A stretch of 64,000 nt of DNA from NCBI GenBank assembly GCA_030765785.1, contig JAVCCC010000044.1, forward strand, positions 1,417 through 65,416, in the 5' to 3' direction. Below the pieces are notes generated by a model. That model ran no database searches and was not told where the DNA came from. It saw only the letters and a program-made list of their open reading frames with translations. Each line of letters starts with the position of its first letter. Positions within the stretch are counted from its first letter, which is position 1. Below, one piece after another: positions 56,279 to 64,000 of this stretch. A program made the position numbers and the translations under genes. The DNA comes from Candidatus Aceula lacicola (GTDB taxonomy: Bacteria > Omnitrophota > Gorgyraeia > Zapsychrales > Aceulaceae).

Positions 56279-57598
56279 CTACAATTCATCCACAGCCAAC
56301 GAAGCTAACTCTGATCGCTCACTTTTTGTTAAAAATGAATGGCCGAAAATTTTATGCTTCTTTAAGCGTTCAACAGCATAGGAAAGTCCATTGGAATTTG
56401 CATCCAAATAAGGATTGTCAATCTGATCCGGATCACCAGTCAAAACAATCTTTGTTCCTTCACCCGCACGAGAAACAATCGTTTTAATTTCATGTGGTGT
56501 TAAATTCTGCGCCTCATCCACAATCAAGAATTGATCTGGAATGCTGCGTCCTCGAATATATGTCAACGCTTCGACTTCAATGAGATCTGATTGCATCAGA
56601 TGATCAACCGTTAGCTCACTCGTTGCCACACCTTCAATTTTCGATATCACAGAACGCTTTAAAATAAATTCTAGATTATCATAAATAGGCTGCATCCAAT
56701 ATGTCAGCTTCTTTTCTTTGCTTCCAGGCAAATATCCAATATCCTTACCCAAAGGAATAATCGGACGTGCCACTAAAAGACGCTCATACAAAGAAGATTT
56801 ATCTATAACCATAGAAAGCCCGCATGCAATCGCCATCAACGTCTTTCCTGTTCCTGCCTGCCCAACCAATGTAACCAACTTAACATCATCATTTAAAAGA
56901 AGGTCGAAAGCAAAGCTCTGCTCCATATTGAGAGGACGAATCCCCATGGCAGAGAATTCCTTTTTAATCGGAGTCAATGCGTTTTCTGCACTATCATATC
57001 GGCAAATAGCTGAAGAAGACGGATCTTCTTTAGCCCTTGCAAAAACATGCTCATTTTCGAATAAAGTATACCCTTTAACCTCAAGACTATCTTGCGTATA
57101 AAGCTGATTAATTTCCTCTTTTGAGACTTCAATTTCACGCCACCCTTTATACAAATGAGAATATTCAACTTTTTGTTTTTCATAATCTGCAGATTTAATT
57201 CCTAAGGCCTCTGCTTTAATGCGAGCATTAATGTCTTTAGAAATAAAAAAAACATCTTGTTTCTTATTCTGAAGGTCCCATGCAACCGCTAGAATTTTAT
57301 TATCATTTAATCTTGCGTCAATATCTGGAAGTTCGACGTCTTTTGGACCAAACGAAAGAATCAGCGTTCCTCCATTTGACATCTTCGCCCCTTTTTTAAG
57401 GGCTCCTTTCTTAATCAAGCCATCAATTTCTCTTAAAACTTCTCGAGCATGCATTCCTTTTTTATCAGGACTTGTCTTAAACTCATCCAACTCCTCAATA
57501 ACAATCACTGGAATAATAACATTATTATCCGCAAACGAATAAATAGAATGCGGATTATGAATTAAAACATTAGTATCTAAAACAAAATTCTTTTTCAT
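56279..57598 (-). CDS. PhoH-like ATPase with an N-terminal PIN domain (PhoH2/YlaK type)
   Basis: N-terminal VLDTNVLIHNP. Walker A GQAGTGKT. Confidence 0.88.
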   Translation of the reverse strand: MKKNFVLDTNVLIHNPHSIYSFADNNVIIPVIVIEELDEFKTSPDKKGMHAREVLREIDGLIKKGALKKGAKMSNGGTLILSFGPKDVELPDIDARLNDNKILAVAWDLQNKKQDVFFISKDINARIKAEALGIKSADYEKQKVEYSHLYKGWREIEVSKEEINQLYTQDSLEVKGYTLFENEHVFARAKEDPSSSAICRYDSAENALTPIKKEFSAMGIRPLNMEQSFAFDLLLNDDVKLVTLVGQAGTGKTLMAIACGLSMVIDKSSLYERLLVARPIIPLGKDIGYLPGSKEKKLTYWMQPIYDNLEFILKRSVISKIEGVATSELTVDHLMQSDLIEVEALTYIRGRSIPDQFLIVDEAQNLTPHEIKTIVSRAGEGTKIVLTGDPDQIDNPYLDANSNGLSYAVERLKKHKIFGHSFLTKSERSELASLAVDEL

Positions 57599-57623
57599 TT
57601 AGACCCCTTAGCTCCTTTGAGTT

Positions 57624-59372
57624 TTATTTTGGATTTATTAAAACAGCGCCTGTATCCGCACTTGTAACAAACGCAGCATATCTTTTAAGCCAGCCCCCTT
57701 GAACCTTAGTCTTAAACGGCTGCAGCTTAGCTAAGCGTCTTTTAATTTCAGCACTAGACAACTTTACATGTAATTTATTTTTATGCGCATCAATCTCAAT
57801 AATATCTCCGTTTTTCAAAATCGCAATCTCACCAGCTGCAGCGGCTTCAGGAGAAACATGGCCAATACAAAGCCCTCTTGTTCCACCCGAGAATCGTCCA
57901 TCTGTAATCAAAGCAGCTCTTATTCCTGCGCCCTTCATAGCAGATGTCGGCGAAAGCATTTCTTGCATACCAGGCCCACCCTTTGGTCCTTCATAGCGAA
58001 TAACAACAACATCTCCATCTTTAACCTGTCCTTTAAGAATCCCTTTTAAAGCATCCTCTTGAGACTCATAAATACGTGCTGGACCACAAAATTCAAACAT
58101 ATCTTTATCTACACCACTTGTTTTTACAACAGAACCTTTGCGAGCGATATTACCAAATAAAATCGCCAAGCCTCCTTCTTTTGAAAAAGCATTCTTAACA
58201 GATTTCAGAATTTTTCCATCTGGTGCTGGAGATTTCTTAACATAGCTTCCAAGGGTTCCATAAACCGTTTTTGCATCAAGTTTTAGCGGTGCCTTGCTTC
58301 CTTTGTAAATTGATCTTAAGATCGCGCCCATGCCGCCGATACGATGCACATCTTGAATATGAACATCCATTCTCGATGGAGAAATCTTAATAACGTTCGG
58401 CGTTACCTTAGAAAGTTGATTGATGCGTTTTAAATCATATTTAATGCCAGCCTCGTGCGCCAAAGCCAAAACATGCAACACAGTATTAGTAGATCCACCC
58501 ATGGCCATATCAAGAATAAAAGCATTATCAATCGAATGCTTTTTCAAAATATCCAAAGGTCGTATTTTCTTCTTTAATAAATACAAAAGTTGGCTTGAAG
58601 ATTTTTTAACAAGCTCAATTCTTTTTGGATTTATTTTATATTGATTTTTCTTACCCTTTACAGGAACCATTGCTGTAATAGTTCCGTTTCCAGGAAGCGC
58701 AAAACCTAAAGCTTCACCCAAGCAGTTCATTGAATTTGCCGTAAACATACCCGAACAACTTCCAAAACTTGGACAAGCGCAAGATGTTAAGCTCTCCAAA
58801 GCCTTTTTGCTCATTTTTCCAGCGCTATGTTGACCAACGCCTTCAAAAACAGAAATAAGATCCGTACAACGCGAGCCAGCTAGCATAGGCCCTCCGCTAA
58901 CATAAATTGCAGGAATATTTATTCGAACCATAGAGTTGTACATCGCGGGAACAATTTTGTCACAATTGCCAATACCGATCCAAGCATCGCATGGATGAGC
59001 CCCAATAATCGTTTCAATTTGATCCGCGATAAGCTCTCGAGAAGCTAAAGAATATTTCATGCCAAAATGCCCCATCGCGATTCCATCACAAATAGCCCCG
59101 CCAATGTTAGTGTACCAAACATTCACGCCTTGACTTTCCAGTTCCTTTTTAACAATCACACCTAATTGATCCAAATGGGCATGTCCTGGAATCTGAGTTG
59201 TATAAGAATTGATGATTGTGACAAACGGCTTCTTTAAATCTTTAACAGATTTCAAAACACCCTCTGCCATCATCAACGATACGCTTGGAAGCATATGAGG
59301 TCCTGCACGAAAAACATTACTTCCATTCTTGCGAACACTTTCAATTCCCTCATTAATAGCTCTTTTTGACAT
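57624..59372 (-). CDS. ilvD: Dihydroxy-acid dehydratase (IlvD/EDD family)
   Basis: 582 aa. CDGIAMGH and CDKIVPAM motifs. GSCSGMFTANSM segment. Confidence 0.88.
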   Translation of the reverse strand: MSKRAINEGIESVRKNGSNVFRAGPHMLPSVSLMMAEGVLKSVKDLKKPFVTIINSYTTQIPGHAHLDQLGVIVKKELESQGVNVWYTNIGGAICDGIAMGHFGMKYSLASRELIADQIETIIGAHPCDAWIGIGNCDKIVPAMYNSMVRINIPAIYVSGGPMLAGSRCTDLISVFEGVGQHSAGKMSKKALESLTSCACPSFGSCSGMFTANSMNCLGEALGFALPGNGTITAMVPVKGKKNQYKINPKRIELVKKSSSQLLYLLKKKIRPLDILKKHSIDNAFILDMAMGGSTNTVLHVLALAHEAGIKYDLKRINQLSKVTPNVIKISPSRMDVHIQDVHRIGGMGAILRSIYKGSKAPLKLDAKTVYGTLGSYVKKSPAPDGKILKSVKNAFSKEGGLAILFGNIARKGSVVKTSGVDKDMFEFCGPARIYESQEDALKGILKGQVKDGDVVVIRYEGPKGGPGMQEMLSPTSAMKGAGIRAALITDGRFSGGTRGLCIGHVSPEAAAAGEIAILKNGDIIEIDAHKNKLHVKLSSAEIKRRLAKLQPFKTKVQGGWLKRYAAFVTSADTGAVLINPK

Positions 59373-59475
59373 TACATCCTCCTACATATTTGGTTTTACG
59401 AATTGAACTCTATTTTAACCTTGATTTTGACTCTAAACAAGATAAAACCTGTTGTTTTAAAAACGTGAGAAGGTT

Positions 59476-60150
59476 TTAAGAAGATTTCTTGCGGATTAAA
59501 ATTTTATATGCAATAACTGAAAAACCTAAAAAAGTAAACGTATAAATAAAATCCTCTATCGGGATAGAAAGAATACGAGCTCCCCATATCGCTTGAGGAT
59601 TATATATAATAACTGGAAGTCCTGCTAAAATTCCTTTAGATATTAGAAGCGGAGCATAAAATATTGTTAAACAAACAACAAAATTCTTTGTAAAAACAAT
59701 TTCCTTAAAAAAGTTTACGGATAAAAAAAAGAATGCTGCCAAGAATATTAAACTAATCGACGTATAATTCTTATTTTGATAAAATAAAGCTGCTGCCATT
59801 AAAAAAATAATAAAAATATAAATAATATTTTTATTAAAACTAATTTCTCGATCCTTAGAAAAACATTGCACTACCTCGTAAACAAAAATACAACTAAACG
59901 ATATCGCTACAAAGAAGCAGGCTTCAGCAATAGGTAAATTTAAAAATTTTACTGTTCCGATATATCGCGGATTAAAAAACCAATCCCCGAGAAATATTGC
60001 CAAAACATTCCAAGCAATATACGCAGGAGCAGCAATTAAAATAGCTCCCAGCGCATAGCTCCATTTCTTAAAATAAAATATCTTTTTTCCAAATGAAAGT
60101 GCCAGCGGAATGCTGATGATAAGAACATCAATCCATGAATAAAAACTCAT
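59476..60150 (-). CDS. Polytopic membrane protein with lycopene-cyclase-domain-like PxE repeats (uncertain)
   Basis: 224 aa with 7 transmembrane helices and two repeats of LPIAEA / IPIEDF. Confidence 0.4.
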   Translation of the reverse strand: MSFYSWIDVLIISIPLALSFGKKIFYFKKWSYALGAILIAAPAYIAWNVLAIFLGDWFFNPRYIGTVKFLNLPIAEACFFVAISFSCIFVYEVVQCFSKDREISFNKNIIYIFIIFLMAAALFYQNKNYTSISLIFLAAFFFLSVNFFKEIVFTKNFVVCLTIFYAPLLISKGILAGLPVIIYNPQAIWGARILSIPIEDFIYTFTFLGFSVIAYKILIRKKSS

Positions 60151-60224
60151 CTCATCTCCTTTGTTATCATCATTTTATGTTAAAAATAAAATATCTGCAA
60201 AAGCAATTCTTTATTTCTAAACAT

Positions 60225-60869
60225 TTAACAACTGCAATTTGCATGCTTGTCGTCTTTTACAAACAAAAGTGGAAAAATAATATCGCTAACACAACACGGC
60301 ATCCATACAGCTAGAAATAAAAAGAAGAACACACAAATATAAACACTAATTCCTAAAGGACCGTCCGCAGCCATAATCATATGAAACAACGAAGCCCATG
60401 TGCTTATCAATACATGAGCTCCATGAGGAAACTTAGTCATTGGCTTAAAATATGCAATAGCAATACCAACAATAGCAAGAGGATTAACAATCCACCACTT
60501 CTCGATAAATCCAATATGCAGTTCTCGATGTGGCATATTAAGAAGCGTTTCTCCTAGATATGGAATCACGCAATCGCTTAATGTTGCAATGCCAATAGAT
60601 CCAACATACCCGATTAAAAGCAACATCCAAATGTTACACTTTTTTTTTGATTTCTCACATTGATGCCGATGATACATTGAAGCCGTAGTAAGAGCACTCA
60701 AAAAAACATGCAAAGGGTGAAGCACATAAAATGTATTATAAGCGACACCCTCGGGGATGTTCTGAAAAGCAACCATCAAAGCAATGCCAAATAAAGCACC
60801 AAAAAGAGTAAACGGAGAATGACTTTTAAGCTCGTGAACAATGACTTTCAACATACTTATTTTATCCAA
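60225..60869 (-). CDS. His/Cys-containing polytopic membrane protein, translationally coupled to the superoxide reductase-like gene
   Basis: 214 aa. Overlaps the upstream SOR-like gene by 13 nt. Conserved-looking His residues (HPLH, HRHQC, PHGAH). C-terminal CCVS...CSC. Confidence 0.45.
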   Translation of the reverse strand: MDKISMLKVIVHELKSHSPFTLFGALFGIALMVAFQNIPEGVAYNTFYVLHPLHVFLSALTTASMYHRHQCEKSKKKCNIWMLLLIGYVGSIGIATLSDCVIPYLGETLLNMPHRELHIGFIEKWWIVNPLAIVGIAIAYFKPMTKFPHGAHVLISTWASLFHMIMAADGPLGISVYICVFFFLFLAVWMPCCVSDIIFPLLFVKDDKHANCSC

Positions 60870-61249
60870 AGTCCATGCTTATTACAAAATTCAATAGCTT
60901 TAACATCTTCGGCTTCTGTCATAAAGACAGCTTCTGGAGCCACGCCTGGGTTTAAATATTTACGCTGAATCTCACTACAACTTTTAAGTTCAATAAATTC
61001 AATATAGTGATCTTCTTCCATCGGATGAGGAACTTCACCAATTTTAACTTTATAGCCACCCTCTATTTTTTCGATCACAGGAACATGCTTTTCTTTTCCT
61101 TGATCTGCAGTCTTTGGTTCTGCTTTTTTAAGAGAATTTCCGCAACAAGAAATCTCACAATTTTCTTCACATCCTCTTATTGTTTCCACTAAACAATTGC
61201 AGCTGTCATCATTAGAACATGTATAAATCTCAGATTTATTGCAAGACAT
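60857..61249 (-). CDS. Superoxide reductase (desulfoferrodoxin class) with an atypical Cys-rich N-terminus
   Basis: Center II motifs KHVPVIE, HPMEEDHYIEFIEL and CNKHGLW. The N-terminal 40 aa carry 7 Cys (CSNDDSCNC...GCEENCEISCC) rather than the usual desulforedoxin CxxC...CC. Confidence 0.78.
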   Translation of the reverse strand: MSCNKSEIYTCSNDDSCNCLVETIRGCEENCEISCCGNSLKKAEPKTADQGKEKHVPVIEKIEGGYKVKIGEVPHPMEEDHYIEFIELKSCSEIQRKYLNPGVAPEAVFMTEAEDVKAIEFCNKHGLWIK

Positions 61250-61343
61250 CTTTCCTCCTTATGTAGCATATATTGGTAAATTATTCTTCAGACATATTAA
61301 CATAAACTAAATTTTAGGAAAAGAACCATCTAAAATAATTATA

Positions 61344-61868
61344 TTATCGGCAAACTAACGCCCCTAAAAACCCTGCCCCAACAATAATTAAAGCGGGATG
61401 AATTTTAGTAAACATAAACAATCCAAATGCAATAATAATTAAGACAACATTTTTCCAATTCATTAAATTAGTAACACCAACTGTCTGAAAAGCGACAGCC
61501 ACAATCATCGCGAAAATAACAACCTGAATTGTACTAAAAGCCCCTTTAATCGATGGAAGATCTTTATATTGATTATAAAAATAGGTCGCAACTAAAACGA
61601 GGATGACTGGCGATAAAAGATTTGCAATGTTCGCAATGATTGCTCCAGAAATACCAGCAACCTTATTGCCTGTATAGGTTGCAAACTTAACTGAAATCGC
61701 ACCTGGAAAAATTTTAACAATGCCTAAAACTTCTAAAAACTCTTCTCTTGTAAGCCAATGATATCTTTCAACAACATCTTTTTCAATTAGAGGCAAAAAA
61801 GAATACGCGCCTCCGATAGCAAATAAACCAATACGAAAAAAAACTAAAAAAAGATCAAACAAAACCAT
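61344..61868 (-). CDS. chrA: Chromate transporter (ChrA) family, single half-size domain
   Basis: 174 aa. FRIGLFAIGGAYSFLPLIEKDVV... is typical of the ChrA family. Confidence 0.72.
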   Translation of the reverse strand: MVLFDLFLVFFRIGLFAIGGAYSFLPLIEKDVVERYHWLTREEFLEVLGIVKIFPGAISVKFATYTGNKVAGISGAIIANIANLLSPVILVLVATYFYNQYKDLPSIKGAFSTIQVVIFAMIVAVAFQTVGVTNLMNWKNVVLIIIAFGLFMFTKIHPALIIVGAGFLGALVCR

Positions 61869-61897
61869 TTCTTATACTCTCCATTTACCTTATATTC

Positions 61898-63403
61898 TTA
61901 AAATTCCTGCCAAAGGACAACATTAAGAGTCACCCCCGAACTTCCAGCAATCATTCCAGGAGGAAGATTCGCAGATAAATCTGGGACTTGATAAATCGAA
62001 GGAACGTTAGTTCCCATATTAAAATAATTTGAAACAATCGAACCAATAACATCTGTCTGCTTAGTAATCGTTATTGTATCTTCAGCATAAAACGCACCCA
62101 TAGCTGCTGTTTGCGCTTCATAAAAACCAATTGTATTAGGCGTCATAATTCCAAAACAATTTATCGGAAAAGAAACGTTTCCTGACGTAACAAGACTAGC
62201 ATTTACTTCCGCCGTACCCGTCACAAGAACTGTTCCTATCCCACTATATGTTATTGTTGTATTTCCACCAACTTTATTAAAATTTAAAGCATTATCTCCA
62301 TCAATATAAATTTTTCCGGCAATCGTCAAACTCCCACTTCCATCCATGCTAATACTATTCGTACCATCCGTATAACTAAAAACACTATTCGGCTTAATAT
62401 CATTAAGCTCATTTGTTAAAACAAGGGCCTCTGATTGAAATTTTTGTTGAACAGTTAAACTTGGGTTACTCGGATCAGGGTCAGACAAACTTGGGAATGT
62501 CATAGAATCTCCTAAATCATAAGCATTTGCTGTTCCATTATCAGAATAAACGTTTGACGCCCCCTGGTTTCCTCCCCATCCATCTGTCACGTAAACTGCA
62601 TCAACAGTTTCTTTAATCGAATTGCCAGAAACATCAGTGTTTCCTACGCCCGCACTTCCGCTTAAAGCAACAACACCTGTCTTAACGCGCAATTCCGCAT
62701 TTAAAGTTGAGACCGTTTCTCCATTAAAAACTGTTGTCGGAAGCGCTGGAATTTTTGCCTGCAAAGCTGCGCTGAGACCTGTGTAATTATTTTGAACAAA
62801 CTGTGCTGTTCCGCCTAAATTAGCAGCTAAATCTGTCGGGTTAAGACCGCTTCCTAAAACAACAACAGACCCTGCAATATCAACCGTCCCATTAATCATT
62901 GCCCCTGATTGCCCTTCTCCAGCAAAAATAACGTAATCCCAAGGAGAAGAGCTTGACATAGAAACATATATCTGAACAGTTATTACTATTCCATTAAGGA
63001 CTGCAGTTGAGCGAATCCATATTTCATCAGGGCTGCTTGTATTCTTCAGCAAGACTGAATATTGCCCTCCATTTAAAGTCGTGCCGCTATACGGAACCGA
63101 ATAAAATACGCCCGTATTCGGCCCTATATTAAAAGAACCAATATTTCCATCGCTCCAGCTCCCGGTTGAAGCATAATCTTGCTTTAAATCATATATCGCT
63201 CTTTGCAGTCCAGACTCTGCGATATAAAATGTCATAGTCTCAAGCCTTTGTCTTTCTGAAATGCGCATTTCACTTGCAGCGTACATCACAAAAGCAGCAC
63301 TCAACCCAATCAAAACAACAATCACAAGGTAAGAAATTAAAAGCAAACTTCCTCGTCGATTATTTAGTCGTTTCAATATTGGATATCTTTTTTTACCCTT
63401 CAT
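61898..63403 (-). CDS. Large pilus-associated protein (PilX/minor-pilin-like; uncertain)
   Basis: 501 aa. N-terminal hydrophobic anchor and a Ser/Thr/Gly/Asn-rich beta-type sequence. Follows a prepilin gene. Confidence 0.45.
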   Translation of the reverse strand: MKGKKRYPILKRLNNRRGSLLLISYLVIVVLIGLSAAFVMYAASEMRISERQRLETMTFYIAESGLQRAIYDLKQDYASTGSWSDGNIGSFNIGPNTGVFYSVPYSGTTLNGGQYSVLLKNTSSPDEIWIRSTAVLNGIVITVQIYVSMSSSSPWDYVIFAGEGQSGAMINGTVDIAGSVVVLGSGLNPTDLAANLGGTAQFVQNNYTGLSAALQAKIPALPTTVFNGETVSTLNAELRVKTGVVALSGSAGVGNTDVSGNSIKETVDAVYVTDGWGGNQGASNVYSDNGTANAYDLGDSMTFPSLSDPDPSNPSLTVQQKFQSEALVLTNELNDIKPNSVFSYTDGTNSISMDGSGSLTIAGKIYIDGDNALNFNKVGGNTTITYSGIGTVLVTGTAEVNASLVTSGNVSFPINCFGIMTPNTIGFYEAQTAAMGAFYAEDTITITKQTDVIGSIVSNYFNMGTNVPSIYQVPDLSANLPPGMIAGSSGVTLNVVLWQEF

Positions 63404-63404
63404 A

Positions 63405-63977
63405 TCAATTCCTCAATTCCAATTCAAAATTTAACTGATACGTAAGTGAATTACCTTTTAATGTTATATCTTCCCCAACAAGAGCAACCTCCATAATATT
63501 TGGCGTTGCTAATTGCCGCCTGAATTGTACTGATTGAATATCGTGAGCTACAATATCTGTTGCTGGTCCCATGCTATTAATCCGATGAAGCTCTGTTAAA
63601 CCCGTTCCTCCTAAAATATATTGAAACGTATTCGCTTCCCAAAGAATAGACCCATTTAAAATTGTGTTAGGAATATGAAACGTAATCGACGTATACCAAA
63701 CATCATCTGCAGGCACATCTACTATTGCAGCCGATCCCGTTTCAAGTAAATCTTTCTTAATCTGCTCCATAGATTTACGCAATTCTCTCTGAAGACCAAT
63801 CTGAGCCCTGTTAACTTCCCATGTGCGTTGCCCTGCATTCATCGACACATATAAAGCACCCACTAAAAAAGAAAGAATTAAAACAGTCACCATGACTTCG
63901 AGTAGCGTAAAGCCTCTGGATAATTCTTTTTTTATTTTAGCTTCCTTCATTCTCATTTTTCCCCTACTTCTGCGCAA
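63405..63977 (-). CDS. Type IV prepilin-like protein (minor pilin / pseudopilin). The real start is probably the internal Met at about 63950.
   Basis: Prepilin peptidase site G|FTLLEVMV followed by a hydrophobic helix. Confidence 0.7.
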   Translation of the reverse strand: MRRSRGKMRMKEAKIKKELSRGFTLLEVMVTVLILSFLVGALYVSMNAGQRTWEVNRAQIGLQRELRKSMEQIKKDLLETGSAAIVDVPADDVWYTSITFHIPNTILNGSILWEANTFQYILGGTGLTELHRINSMGPATDIVAHDIQSVQFRRQLATPNIMEVALVGEDITLKGNSLTYQLNFELELRN

Positions 63978-64000
63978 ACAACATAACTAAGTTCACAATA

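Noticed and set aside
59373-59475. A T-box or attenuator leader for ilvD
   Set aside because: The gap is only about 100 nt. It has no specifier-loop or T-box consensus (AATTAGGGTGGNACCGCG) and no terminator/antiterminator pair.
1-64000. CRISPR arrays, tRNA or rRNA genes, insertion-sequence or transposase and integrase or phage genes
   Set aside because: No regularly spaced direct repeats were seen. The longer intergenic regions (13372-13658, 19356-19551, 24936-25235, 42557-42996) show no tRNA-like GTTCGAATCC arms. They are instead accounted for by UTR motifs, terminators or the riboswitch. No ORF has recombinase or transposase motifs.

Overview
This is a 64 kb, AT-rich (about 35% GC) stretch from an anaerobic Gram-negative (double-membrane) bacterium. 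It is coding-dense, and almost every gene lies on the minus strand. I saw no CRISPR array, tRNA, rRNA or recognisable insertion sequence or phage elements.

Gene content, going from higher to lower coordinates on the minus strand:
- type IV pilin-like genes, a chromate transporter homolog (ChrA), a superoxide reductase-like gene with two membrane proteins, dihydroxy-acid dehydratase (ilvD), a PhoH-like ATPase with an N-terminal PIN domain, and one plus-strand ferredoxin;
- an iron-uptake operon: a DtxR-family repressor, a Fur-like/FeoA fusion, feoB and a FeoC-like protein;
- a signalling cluster of two sensor kinases and three receiver-only response regulators, one fused to a PilZ domain;
- a cobalamin riboswitch upstream of a BtuB-like TonB-dependent outer-membrane receptor;
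- an ADP-forming acetyl-CoA synthetase, a His-rich nickel transporter, rex, hypAB, and a complete NAD-reducing bidirectional [NiFe] hydrogenase locus (CBS-domain gene, hoxFUYH, hoxW, hypFCDE);
- a cold-shock protein gene, and an ArsR-regulated operon (RND-superfamily MMPL-family transporter, LolA-like protein, outer-membrane barrel protein, DUF2892 protein);
- a monocistronic 1898-aa secreted protein of unknown function;
- an oxidative-stress operon (rubredoxin, flavodiiron protein, FMN-binding protein, PerR-like Fur regulator, ferredoxin-NADP reductase-like protein), plus rubrerythrin, ferritin, a CBS-domain protein, a radical SAM protein, nrdDG, pckA, and a 3'-truncated pyruvate:ferredoxin oxidoreductase at the window edge.

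Non-coding signals:
- The most notable is a conserved, apparently structured 5'-UTR RNA motif of about 80-90 nt. It occurs three times, immediately upstream of the ribosome-binding site of the pyruvate:ferredoxin oxidoreductase gene, of rubredoxin, and of the CBS-hox operon. It carries compensatory base changes in two stems and I do not recognise it as a known riboswitch.
- Others are the cobalamin riboswitch, putative NrdR boxes, a perfect 20-bp palindrome over the arsR promoter, a DtxR-like palindromic operator, and several intrinsic terminators and consensus sigma-70 promoters.
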